Below, piece after piece: positions 38,929 to 52,149 of a DNA stretch of 64,000 nucleotides. The stretch lies in NCBI RefSeq assembly GCF_031769215.1, contig NW_026782038.1:372001-436000 (forward strand), in the 5' to 3' direction. The notes beneath the pieces are model-generated. The model saw nothing but the letters and a program-made list of their open reading frames with translations. It searched no databases and was not told where the DNA came from. Numbering within the stretch: the first letter of the stretch is position 1; each line of letters begins with the position of its first letter. Origin of the DNA: Ylistrum balloti. Lineage: Eukaryota. Made by a program: the position numbers and the translations under genes.

Positions 38929-40904
38929 ACGAAACCTGCAACGAGATGACCATTATTAACACAAGAAATACTGTTAGCAAGCACATACACTATCTATTTT
39001 CTTTACAGAAAGCGTTTCTGGCGTTTTCATTATTAGCAGTTCAAGACCTGTGTTTTCCAGCGGAAGAAGATTTAGTGACAGGAGTCACGGATGGGATAGG
39101 TGATCGTTTCACCGTTCTGAACATTTGGTACCTTCTTCAGCTTTGTGAATGCTTTTTACAGAACTAGATCCCTGTCCAAACCTTCGTTAGATTTAATCGG
39201 TGGACACTGAAAAAATCTAATATCGATTTTAAAAAATGAGAATATTAAAAAAATTTTCACAACTGTGTAGGTTTGTTTAGCTAGTCCAGATAGATTTTTA
39301 GTATAAGATTTGCTTGTAAAGTCATTGAAGTATTTTACAATTTAATGTGTTTTTGCCAGAACAGTAACGAGAGGATTGGGTATAAAATCAATTGAAAGAG
39401 AAAAGAAAAAATGAATAGCCTCACACATAGAATTAGTAAATAACGAGGATTCAACACAACAAAGAAAAAGATACGGACATATGAAAAGACACGAATTCGA
39501 TGTTATTTTAAAGATCGTTGCATAGGTGTCGGCCATCTTGGATTTCTATAGCAACGGAAATCCAAGATGGCGTACTTAGCAACCCCTTAAACCTACACAC
39601 CTGAGTATTACCTTATCATCATAGCGGAGTGTGGAATCCCAACGCCTACAGGTATTTTTTCACAAGGTACAGGTTTCCTAAAAACCTAACACTGAAATGC
39701 CTAAACATTACCAACACGTGACACTAAGAAAATTATATTGGTTACAGACTTGATGTCTTGTGCGATGTAAAATAAATTGGCTAAATTACAAAAATATACG
39801 GATTCGAAGAAAATTGGCAGTTTACTTCTTCTATATGTCGCCGAGCTTTGATCCTGTTACTTTTAAACCACAATATTCATATCATTCTCTTCGCATTGTT
39901 ATTCATGGCCTAAACAAAAAGTTGAAGATTTTAGAGAAAAGTGTTGATCTTGACAATGTGATCTTACAACCTAGCGAAGAAAATGTTTGCTTTACTTCCT
40001 GAAACTTTCAAATGTATATGCCTATGCAAAAAGAAAAAGAAAGTATTGGTTTTCAAGTAAATTATTTAAAATGACATGTGTTCACTGTGTTTGCCAGTGC
40101 CGTAAACCCTAGAGAATGAGGAACTCAAATTTTGTGCCTTTGACTACTGATGCCAGAGACCACGTTTGATTTGAATCGGATCAGCGGTTCTTTAGAAGCT
40201 GAAAATGTGAAAGTTAACGGACAATGCATAACGATCAAGAGGTTCTATCAACAACATGGTGTTGTATCCAGACTATGATGAAGTGGTTAGACATCAAAAG
40301 TAGACTCATTACACTTTCTCCGTGTTATAGGAAAACTTAACAAAAAACACATTTTCCACAATGTCATTCATAAGTAAGGAATATTTGATGCATATTCAAC
40401 ATATTCAGTTACATGTCCAGAATTTCAATTTTATTCTTGTAACTCTTCACACTTCTCTGTTTTGATTGATATTTTAACTCTTTATTTTGTAAAACATTAA
40501 CATTCACATCAATCACGATTAAAATATTTTTCTGTCGTTTTGTGTCCTCGGTACTTACAGTACTTTGATTAAATTACAGGTCGTATTCAAATCAACTTAA
40601 CCACGTCACTTTATTCTAAAAACAAGACATTTCCAGACAGGGATCTATTTCCAGACGATGTAAAAATAATGTAAGTACGTAATTAATTTCCAGCGAAACC
40701 TCATCTTTCACTCTCTTAGCCTCAGTACCATTCTATTTCATCACGACTGTTTTAAAGATTTGCATACGAAACCACTATAAGAATGTGAAAAAATGAACAG
40801 AAAGCTTACTCGTTCATTTTGTGATAATCAGTACTCTCCGGCCAAGCTTCTTGCGACTGATCTGTCAAATGTTTCTTCGGCCGTTGACCTCATATTGTTA
40901 GTGT

Positions 40905-42038
40905 GTTTCACGTCTGTTAATACTTCAATTTACCGGTTCTGTTGGTTTGTTTCGCTTCTGTTAATACTTCAATTTACCAGTCCTGTTGGCGTGTTTCACG
41001 TCTGTTAATACTTCAATTTACCGGTCATGTTGGTGTGTTTCACGTCTGTTAATACTTCAATTTACCAGTCCTGTTGGCGTGTTTTACGTCTGTTAATACT
41101 TCAATTTACCGGTCATGTTGGTGTGTTTCACGTCTGTTAATACTTCAATTTATCAGTCCTGTTGATGTGTTTCACGTCTGTTAATACTTCAATTTATCAG
41201 TCCTGTTGATGTGTTTCACGTCTGTTAATACTTCAATTTACCGGTCATGTTGGCGTGTTTTACGTCTGTTAATACTTCAATTTACCAGTCCTGTTGGTGT
41301 GTTTCACGTCTGTTAATATACTTCAATTTATCAGTCCTGTTGATGTGTTTTACGTCTGTTAATACTTAAATTTACCGGTCATGTTGGCGTGTTTCACGTC
41401 TGTTAATACTTCAATTTATCAGTCCTGTTGATGTGTTTCACGTCTGTTAATACTTCAATTTACCGGTCATGTTGGCGTGTTTTACGTCTGTTAATACTTC
41501 AATTTACCAGTCCTGTTGGCGTGTTTCACGTCTGTTAATACTTCAATTTACCAGTCTTGTTGGCGTGTTTTACGTCTGTTAATACTTCAATTTACCGGTC
41601 ATGTTGGCGTGTTTCACGTCTGTTAATACTTCAATTTATCAGTCCTGTTGATGTGTTTCACGTCTGTTAATACTTCAATTTATCAGTCCTGTTGATGTGT
41701 TTCACGTCTGTTAATACTTCAATTTACCAGTCCTGTTGGCGTGTTCTAGGTCTGTTAATACTTCAATTTACCGGTCATGTTGGCGTGTTTCACGTCTGTT
41801 AATACTTCAATTTACCGGTCATGTTGGTGTGTTTCACGTCTGTTAATACTTCAATTTATCAGTCCTGTTGATGTGTTTTACGTCTGTTAATACTTCAATT
41901 TACCAGTCCTGTTGATGTGTTTCACGTCTGTTAATACTTCAATTTACCGTTCCTGTTGGTGTGTTTCACGTCTGTTAATACTTCAATTTACCGTTCCTGT
42001 TGGTGTGTTTCACGTCTGTTAATACTTCAATTTACCGG
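40905..42038. repeat. Minisatellite, 44-bp unit, ~26 copies
   Basis: Unit TTTCACGTCTGTTAATACTTCAATTTACCAGTCCTGTTGGCGTG. Confidence 0.97.
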
Positions 42039-42235
42039 TGCGAAAACCAGCGTTTTCATACTGAATATTAAAACAATGTCCCTTCACTATCAGTCCTGTA
42101 TATCTGACTGAAGTTACTTAACCGGTGACTGTACAGTATATTAAGTATACAACCTAGTGCTTTTAGCCATGATCGGTAAACATTAATTTAGTCACGCCAA
42201 CTGGATCGGGGCGTTTTATATTTAGATAGGTAGAT

Positions 42236-42640
42236 AATGTCATACAGAGTTATGACTAACCGACATCCCCGTGTCATAATGTCATACAGAGTTCTGACTA
42301 ACCCACATCCCAATGTCATAAGGTCATACAGAGTTCTGACAAACCCACATCCCCATGTCATAAGGTCATACAGAGTTCTGACTAACCCACATCCCAATGT
42401 CATAAGGTCTTACAGAGTTCTGACTAACCCACATCCCCATGTCATAAGGTCATACAGAGTTCTGACTAACCGACATCCCCATGTCATAAGGTCTTACAGA
42501 GTTCTGACTAACCCACATCCCCATGTCATAAGGTCATACAGAGTTCTGTCTAACCCACATCCCAATGTCATAAGGTCATACAGAGTTCTGACAAACCCAC
42601 ATCCCCATGTCATAAGGTCATACAGAGTTCTGACTAACAA
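42236..42640. repeat. Minisatellite, 42-bp unit, ~10 copies
   Basis: Unit GTCATAAGGTCATACAGAGTTCTGACTAACCCACATCCC(C/A)AT; gives the 14-aa periodic ORF. Confidence 0.95.
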
Positions 42641-44252
42641 ACACCTCTGTATCATGATGTACAGTATTACAGAATAATGATTAATACACATCAACATGGC
42701 TTAACCATTTCCGAAGCAGCAGCCTCAATAATATTCTTGAGTTATAAGGAATAAGTCATTACACATGTGTAATTACATAAAAGGTGGTCTTAGTTAATCA
42801 AAAGTCATCATAGTCATGTTAAGTTAAGTATCCACACTTTATATCCATTTCATCACAAAGGTTTCAAATTATTACAACTGAACAACATTATGTGTGAGAA
42901 AATCAGAGTGATTCTGAAGAGAAAGCCAGTCAAAGTGTTTACTGCCTTTAGCTCAGCTTCAGTGCCGAAACTATTTCCATATCCAGAGAAGAACCATAAG
43001 TTGAGGAATAATTAGTTTGACAGCTGGTGTGTGTAAAATCTTCACATTTATTAATGTAAATCTTTTTATTATTCTATTGCTTCATCAACATTATATACAG
43101 CAACAGGCTTTTCCATAACATAAATGCAGGTATCCATTTTCTACCACATACTAAAATACTTTCTTTCACACGAAGTAATCTTTTGCATTAAATACATGTT
43201 TTGCACTAGGTATAATAGATAATTTGTATACAAATCAAAGAAACAGAAATGTCTGAATCATGTATGAAAATTCGACTCCAAGTTTTTATTTTTCATTATT
43301 CTTTCTCAATATATTTTGCACAAGGAACATACATATGCAAAAGCTTGTTTTGTTAACTTAGGTTTGTTGATAACATCTTTTGTATTTGGTACAACCTACA
43401 CATTTCGATACATAAATAAGATCTGTCAACTGTTTTAGTTCATTGTAAGAACTTAATCATTATAATTGAGGATCATTCCTCATCCTATGTGAGATCTCTA
43501 TGTAATTCTGGATATATTAAAAAGAAGTCTTTGTCAGAAAATGATAACTGACAGACACTCAACAGAAAAGGTGCAAGAAAAGGATCTTGTGTATCTGATC
43601 TGATAGATTATTTCATAAAATCTTGTAGCTGTTTTTAGACATCGCACAATATCCCTGATCTCTCTTTCTCTGATACCACTCACACACCATCCTTTAATAT
43701 TATATCAATCTTGCACAAAGCTTTATTTAACTGAAGTGAAATGATGAAATTCATACAAGACATTTGATATTTTTCATCTTAAGTTAACTTTCAGGAGTTT
43801 GGGAAATCTGAAATGTTACAAATTCAAAACATATCAGCTTAACTAAAACCAAAATAACAAAATTAATAGATGAACAATTCTTTGTATATTGTGTGTTGTA
43901 TACAATCCTCTTGTAACATTAATACCACAAATTCATCCAGAATATTTGTTACTTCATTGGCACTTCACTTTCATAAATATTCCACTCAATTTCATAACTA
44001 TCATTGCAGAAACTCTCACTCATTACAGGATCAATACACAAATATGAACATGCTTTCCTTTCACACCAGTTTTTTGGGTTTTTTTTTTTTTTGGTTTCTT
44101 TTTCTGTGTGCAAAATAACATGTTCAATTTTTGTGTAATCACTTAAATGTCAAAAACAAAGTCCAGGCTCTCTCTCCAGCATGGCAGGTTTCTCAATATT
44201 TCTTTTCCAGAATAACTTAGGATACACTATATCTTGTACTTGACATTTCCCT

Positions 44253-47200
44253 TTATGACGTGATGACAACCGATGAAATGTCATTTAAAATGTCTTTCAT
44301 ATCTTCTTTTAAACTCAACAGCAACCCTGCAAACACATCAAACTAGTATTGATAAAATATAAATTACAAGAACTTTTATGATAATTACTATCAGTTCCAA
44401 TCCAAATTCTACAGATAAAAAAAATACTTAAGAAGAGAAAATCATTTAAGACTGAAACAGTTGCATGAAAAGAGAAAGTCACTAAGACCCTAAATACACA
44501 CAGATATAAAGGTATCTGTGATTATGTTTCATTATTTGACACTTAAGCTTGATTTAAGTTCAGTGTACATCAGAATTGTTAGACTAGATGATACCATAGA
44601 TTATGATGACTATTAGAGTGATTATATGCTATACAAACTCTACAAACCAGAAGAGTTATATAAGAACAGAAAAACACACAGAAACCTATTCTTCATCCAG
44701 TTGTAAAGGTTTCTGTATTAATATCATATGTGACAGTTACTAGGTACTCAGTCTTCTGGATGTCAGAATTATTAGATCTAAATGATAGAATAACTTAGTG
44801 AATAGTGAAGGCAGATAAGTCTTGGCAAATAACACTTATCAAAATGATATGCTATCAACCAATACAAATACACTTTACTGTTACTATATAATGCACCTTA
44901 TACACTCCAGAAGTTTTGAGGTAAGTAGAACTGGTTAAAACATTACAAAACATCTGAGTAAACACCATGGCTGATATAGAGAGTGTATTGTTAATCAAAG
45001 ACAATATTTATAAGGGATACTACATAAGATTAATCAGAAAATGTATTCAATGTATTGGAAACACCATTTAGTCCAAAAATATTTTCTTAGTGATATGTAA
45101 TAATTCATTTTTAAGTTTATAGTGAACTCTGAATGTATATTACACTCTGATAATCACTGTATTGTAGCCCTTAGACTTGTATTGTATTGACTCATATTGT
45201 GATACAGTTTAAGATAATACCATGTAATGCTACAAATGAACATGTATTATTTTAAAAAGAAAAAAAAGAAAACTTTAATTTGCAATCTGTTGTATACAGG
45301 TCAAAGATGTATCTACAATATAAATGTAATATGTATTTATTACATTTATATCTTGAGGAATAGGTGTAAACATTTTGTGAATTTTATTTCATCAAATGCA
45401 ATTAAAAGTAGACTACAGTGAAATCTGATATCATTAGCATTCAATGTATGACGATGAAAGATACTGAAAGTTTAAAACACTATCTCCAATAAGTTAGTTG
45501 TTGATAAGAAGTTCTCAAAAGCTCTAATAACTATAAGTTACTCTCACCTGTATTTGTATCACTCTCTGCAATGTATGTCACAGTCAGAGGACGACAGTTT
45601 ACTTGTACCACCTAGAAAAAAGAGACAAATTTGCATATAACAGAACTTTTTTTGTAATTATTAACAGTACATTAAAAAGCTAACAGTTTGGCACTATCCA
45701 AGATTTTTGATACCCTTAATAGCTTGTCTTTATTTTGATATACTAGCTTGTTAAATTCAAGTTATTGATTTAAGGATTTCATTTCAATACCAAATGCTAA
45801 CCAATGACATGTTATCACCATATCTTAAGATCAATCACCAACCCAATGAACTTTATAACAGTGAGATTGATGCTCTCACCTGTATCACTCTCTGCAATGT
45901 ATGTCACAGTCAGAAGATAGCAGTTTACTTGTACCAGCTAAGTACTTATTCCTTATTTGGTTATAGATAGGAGTTGGTGGAAAATTTTAATAAATATTAT
46001 CATCGAGAATATTTTCCTATCATGTGATAATGTAGTTGAACATTCCCATTTTGTCCACAGTTTCAGCCTATGTTCCACCACTCTTTGGAGCCAATATCAG
46101 TAACAATGTGAACATTGATTTTTGCAATACCTGATAGTTTTGGTACATGCAGACAACAGCATTATTCTTCTTAAACCCTATTTTGTTGGCTTGCTCTGTT
46201 CCTGCACTGAATGTACAAAGAAAGTCTTGTCGTAATGCCAATTCTGGGGCCTGCTCTGATGACACTGTTATACCAAAAAAACATATACAATTTGCAATAA
46301 TAACCAAAAGTACTGTGATCTGGTACTTGGTAATGTATATTTGTGCCTATAATCACCAGTTCTAATTTTCATTTTTGCCACTGATGTTACTTGTATGACA
46401 TTCTAGCAACAATAGTAATGCACTCTTAACCACAAGTTTACAGTCCTAAGGAACTGCCCCTTCCTTTATTTAAAAGGAAGCCATATAATTGACAATAGTT
46501 GCCAAGTCAACTCTATAGAATAAAGAATACAGAGACTTAAACATTTTTTCTCCAAAACAATACACCTTACCCTTGACAACTGGAACACCATCTCTGTCTG
46601 TTACTAAGATAGCATAAAGGCCTGTAACGCTACAAAAAAATAAAATTTTAAAAATAAAATACATACGAAAGTTTTTATAAATTTTTTCTAGTCCAAAGAT
46701 TTCATATTTAACTTAGTCGCGGACGAGCTAAAACTAAAATCGCGGAAAGTCATAACCTTTCGGACTAAATCTTCTCATCCCATGATAACGCTATGCCTAT
46801 AAAGATTATGATTTGCGAGAATTACGTAGTACTGAACAAAGACCGATTTTTGTGCTAGGTATACAGGAATTTCTTTGAATAAACACTAATTCATTTTGAA
46901 CATTTTAAAACAATAGAAGTCAACTGTGTTATCCAACAGTCAAAATTAATCTCCAGGAGAAAATTTATATAATATAGACATACTGTTTGGATAAAATTTC
47001 TTAATTGCATATTTCAAGTTTCAGAAATACTTCTATAAAGATTTGCTACTTACGTTTTCATCAATTTGGACAGGTGTGTTTTTATTTCCTGTAAACAACA
47101 ATATGACATTTGTATCATTGCACGAGAAATGATTATAGCAAACGGATGTATCACTGTACACTTTGATAGTTAGACTGTATACAATGTTAATTATATGAAA

Positions 47201-47512
47201 TAAGACTCAGGAATTGGTCGATATCCTAATATGAACATATCGTTGCCATAATAGCGAGCGCTTTATATATATCCATATCATGGAAGCAGCGTTACACCAG
47301 TTTACAGGGTTTAGTGTCATGTGACATTTCAGCGAGACCTTGCCACTATGTTAACGATTTCTACACAGTATTTCCAATTGTCAACAACTCAAAAATACTA
47401 CACGTCTCTTCAAATCATAAGTGTAAAACTAGCCCGTCGGTAGACGATGGGAATTAAATATATTTGAAACAAATCATTATAGGAAAAAATCGCAGACACT
47501 CACTTCCGCCAT
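44253..47512 (-). CDS. LAMTOR3: Ragulator complex protein LAMTOR3 (MP1/MAPKSP1), 124 aa
   Basis: Exons 47512-47504 (MAE), 47088-47054, 46629-46571 (GLYAILVTDRDGVPVVK), 46264-46131 (APELALRQDFLCTF), 45611-45548, 44326-44253; 375 nt, phases compatible. Length and motifs match the LAMTOR3 family. Confidence 0.95.
45880..45937 (-). other. LAMTOR3: Duplicate copy of LAMTOR3 exon 5 (candidate alternative exon)
   Basis: 58-nt copy (LVQVNCYLLTVTYIAESDT) of the 64-nt exon 45611-45548 (VVQVNCRPLTVTYIAESDTNT). It has AG and GTGAGAG sites and the same 0-to-1 phase. Confidence 0.8.
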
Positions 47513-48287
47513 TCTTACTGAGGACGTTCTTTGGTTTCCTTTACAAAAGAGTTAGGTAGCTTTCTGACTTCATGATGAGTTCTCCCCCCTTACTTGCAGA
47601 ACTAGTGTCAAAACTTCAGATGATATATCTAATACGATTTTTCTTTCATTTGTAAGTGACCTCTCAGATTTTCAACCTAATCACCAATTAATGATCATCA
47701 CATTTCTGCCAACGTTGTCAGAAAAGAAAATGGCAATCACAATATAGAAGACCCTTTATTTTTTGGTTTTTCCGCATTCTTTTTGTCACTAGACAAACAA
47801 TGTAATAAATATAAACTTTATATATTTTACAACAATTGCGAAACAAGTTATTTCAACTTATACTAATCACCTGTTGGCTCGGATCTAAGCGCACGAGGGG
47901 TCTTATTGTGGGAAGAAACCAGAGCACCCGGGGTCGGGCAGGTGACATCTTACCTTTTCAGGTCCGTTCCAGGAATCGACCACCCAATGTAATAGGGTCA
48001 TATTTTGTATAATGGTAGTGATTCCTGTAGTATCTTTATTTGGTATTGTAATATATATTTATGTACTGTTTATGCACGTGTGTATTATTTATCATCGCGA
48101 ACATCGTTAGTGTCACCAGAGACGTATGTGTCACGTTTTACCTGCGCGCGTAACGTTTATACGTATTGGCGAGCGCGTCCCTTTGTGTAGCGTATAGGTA
48201 TGTACATATGTACGTGAGTAGTGTTCACTGACCGACTGGACACAAGACATTTGGCGGACTTTGACGAAGGTGTTTGATTGGTTGAAA

Positions 48288-48334
48288 CAGAGACGTATAT
48301 ATCACTTATAACACATGTGTTATATATGTCTCTG
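48288..48334. mobile_element. 47-bp hairpin with CAGAGAC termini and exact 7-bp flanking duplication
   Basis: 18-bp arm CAGAGACGTATATATCAC, 11-bp filler, 18-bp reverse arm with 2 mismatches; GTTGAAA on both sides. Confidence 0.65.
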
Positions 48335-48785
48335 GTTGAAATTATCTCCTGGATATACGTCTTTGTTTTTTACTTTATCGGGATACATTAGAATCATGGC
48401 TTGCGGGTGAAACGGATGTTCAAATGTCAGGTTCCTCGGGTTTTGTCTTTTTTTGAAGTTGTGAGAGTATTTGATTATGTTCTATTGTATATTCCAGAAT
48501 GTCTATTTTACATCGATTAAACATGGAAGGAACCCAACGGTTTTGGTTTTTTTTTTTTGGCACAACACCACCCGCTACATATGATTGACAGAAAACTAGG
48601 AGACAACCTTTCAATTAATGTATAACAACACATTTAATAAAGAGATTTTTTCAACTTTTTAAAATAGTTGGAAATTATTTAAACATCTTTTGCATGCATC
48701 TGCCATGAATATCTCGGAGACATAAATATATAATATATATTGTGCTGTTGTATTATATATCTATCTATATATAAAAGACCATACT

Positions 48786-50092
48786 AACAAAAGCTGACAA
48801 GACATTTTGGATTTTCTTCTTCATTCGTTCGGTTACCATGACAACCAAAGGAAAATCTACATTTTGGAAAATACCTTCATAATGTCATAAGAAAATACGC
48901 ATCTGTGAAAAAAATACAAAACTTGACCTTTGCCACAGTGATCTTGACTTTAAATCAGTTGATTTCTTATTTAATATCAACTAACTTTTCTTCATAATGT
49001 CATAATAAAATATCCATAGATGAAAAATATACAAAATTTGACCATGACCTTTGCTGCAGTGACACCGACTTTTGGTCAACTGTTTGAGATATACCGGTAT
49101 AGCAGTTTGGTTTTAAAAAAAGATCATTACATGTATATATATTTATAAACTACATAACAATCATAATAATTGTAGAGAGATAAAATTTGTGTAAATACAA
49201 AATTTCCTTTTATTTCTGACATGATTGTCATGGTTACCTACTGGAAAAATGCTAAAAATGCAAAAATACTGCCAATTCCAACCAAACACTACAATATTAG
49301 AGAAGAAATTTATTTCTGAACACCTATCATAAAATCAACAATACTGTCATGGTAACAAACTAGTTATATTTCAGCAAATTCCATCTTAAGAAATCCTTCA
49401 CAACATGACCACATCTAAAATTTGACTTTCTGTAAAGCTATTTTTGGTGCGTAGTCACAGATTTCAGTCTGCCCAAATAGTAATCTCCAACACAAAGCTA
49501 AAATATTATTCTGAAAAAATGAAACCCCATATTGTCCGCTTCAGCATGACAAGACCAATTTTAGCAAAGATTTATTTTTAAAATGATAATTAAAACCTTT
49601 ATAATGGCATAATCTAATGAACGAATTATCACCCATGGCTACATAGAGAAACAATGTACAGCTACCCTTGTTTAATTCCGGCCAATTTTGCTTCATAGTG
49701 ATATAACACATAAAACCCATAGTGATATTTGGCATCCCCTTGTACCCTTGCATCAAATTTGGTAAAAATCAGATAATATCTAAATTTTGGCCAATCAGAG
49801 TCCAGGATGGTGTTGCCATAATAACTCTTTCTAAGACACCTTAGGCATCCTTCTATAGGTTTTAATTAGTTATATACCATTTGACCATGATAAAAATAAT
49901 AAAATCTGTCAAATGACCGCGGAGTAATGGCCATTGATAGTAAAAGTTGATGAATATCTACCGGTACATATGGTCTTTTATATCAATATTTCCTTGGAAT
50001 AGGAAAAGTTCTCTGTGTAATATTTGCATACGACAGACATCCAGACAGGGTGATTCCAGTATAACCCCTAACTTTGTTGCAGTTGTTATAAT
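48786..50092 (+). mobile_element. Non-autonomous interspersed element (HINE-like)
   Basis: Starts AACAAAAG, has internal TTGACC...GTGA-type repeats, and ends in a (GACA)n-like tract then GGGTGATTCCAGTATAACCCCTAACTTTGTTG. Boundaries are approximate. Confidence 0.5.
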
Positions 50093-51940
50093 CAATATTA
50101 CAATAAATATCTAAATAAGTAACAGAACAAATTTTCAAAATATAAGTTTATTTCTTCATCTGTCACAAGTACACTACATGTAGCAGTGTAACAAGAATAC
50201 TCAGCACACAGACATACAACACTGAACAGATTGAAATGAAATTATCTTACTCATAATAACAAATCATACAGACTCAAAAAAGTGTATAGTCTGGAATTCA
50301 TTAAGTATATAATAGCTTGTTTGATTAGCTCTCACACTTGTATGGTATAATGGTCCATATGATCAACATAATCAGTTTATACCCATATCCTGTACGTTAC
50401 AAGTGTAAAGATATAAATTCAACCTAAAATTAATTTACTTTACAGTAATCTATGGCACTTTCTCGTATTTCTTAAGTAGATAAAGATTAGAAAGCTAAGA
50501 TTTGATTGATCTGTGATGGTTTCTCCATACTCTTTACTTGCAGTCCTCCTTTCAGTGACTGTAATACCAATATCATTTAACTCTGTAATACATATATATA
50601 CATCACTATCAGACAACAAGTCATCAACGTAAAACATACAATGATTTCATAATATATATGATATGTGATTGCAAGGCTTTTCCAGCAAACCCCGGGACTA
50701 TCTTTTAAAAAGAAATAAATATATTACAGCATTACAGTACTATTGTAACTAACATATATTTAAATACTTGTATGATCTTTTAGTTCTAATAAACACTGAT
50801 AGGTACCTTTGAATCTCTTTACTTTCATCAAAAAGAACCATAAAAATTACATGATTTTAATGCATTATAACCCTAACTCTCAAATATTTGTTGACGGAAG
50901 CTTAATTACTGTTACTGGAAAAGGAACTATGAAGATGAGATGTGGATTAAGGAATAAATTAATGACTATGGTATACATAGTAAAATAATTATCCAATGCA
51001 TATCTTTAAACTCTGACTAAACATAATCTTAGCTACTTCCTGCTTAAAAAAGACATTTTTTTTATGTTTTATGAACAATTACAAATAAGAACTTTTGACA
51101 GTCTTGTTATTGTGCAAGTACATATTAACATACTAACCTTTAAATGATACACTGATGGATTTATTGTAGGCATGGCTTAAATGGTTTTCAACAAGGAAGA
51201 TAAAAAAAAATATGATCGTTACTTTTTCCCTACAAATTTTTAAATAGGAATCATAGATGGAAAAAATTACTTTGATATTATTTGTAGTGTTTAGGAAGAA
51301 TTAATTTGTAAAAAATGCTAAAAGCTGATAGTAAATTGTAACACAGAAACAGTACCATAACAAACACCTATTATAAATGACTCCTATCCATAACAACTTC
51401 AACATTATATTTAAAACTTTACCATTAAAATTTTAAGCTTGAAATTCAATAATAATTTTTTTGGTTCTGTTTCTGTTTTCTGTTTCTTACAAAAGCATCA
51501 AATTGAAGAGATCATTATACTGTCTTTGTGTCTGAATACCAGTAAAATGCAAACTTTATCATTATTGTTACATGCAAGTCTGCCAAAATGCACATCACTG
51601 TCCAAAAGCTTTCTCATGTCACATGAAAAAACACTGGTACTTATAATTATACAAAAGTCTAATACACATGTTTTATAAACAATATTGAAGTGTGATATTT
51701 TGTTCAATGCTAACAAAATTTACAGCAACATAACCATCCATAAGAAGCCTTTCAAAACTCTGCAGTCAAAATTAAAACAGAAGAGTTCAGATATAATAAA
51801 AGAATAATGATATCTTTGCAAACAAATCCGTGAAATAGTACCAATATGAAATTAGAGGTTCACTGCAATTTCTAACATGACTTTTTCCAGTTTCTCTTGA
51901 CTTGCTGTTATCATGATATCAATCAAGTCTAGAAGTCAAT

Positions 51941-52149
51941 TACTGTAGAATCAAGTATTTTTGTGGGGTTCAATTTTTGTGTTCTTTTTCCATAAATCAC
52001 TATTTCAAGAACACTTGATTTTATGGATAAATATAGCTCAATAAAGCTACTTTTACTAATTCCAAAAGTTTGTGGACATATGAACTCGTGGATTAAGAGT
52101 ACCCATGAAATCAACAAAAAAATACCCATGAAAATTAATGAATATAGTA
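51941..52149. mobile_element. Tc1/mariner-type MITE (decayed)
   Basis: TA-CTGTAGAATCAAGTATTTTTGTGGGG at left and CCCATGAAAATTAATGAATATAG-TA at right: imperfect TIRs with TA flanks. Confidence 0.55.

Noticed and set aside
42237-42677. 146-aa ORF with VIRSYRVLTNPHPH repeats
   Set aside because: It is the translation of a 42-bp tandem repeat; no splice or other coding support.
42780-43760. Possible decayed LINE ORF2 fragments on the minus strand (also 31100-31300 on plus)
   Set aside because: Only vague peptide resemblance with many stops and no diagnostic RT or endonuclease motif; a translated search would be needed.
46715-46740. Plus-strand GCGGACGAGCTAAAA (ADELK), resembling the LAMTOR3 N-terminus
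   Set aside because: Wrong strand and no ATG; the true start exons were found at 47512 and 47088.
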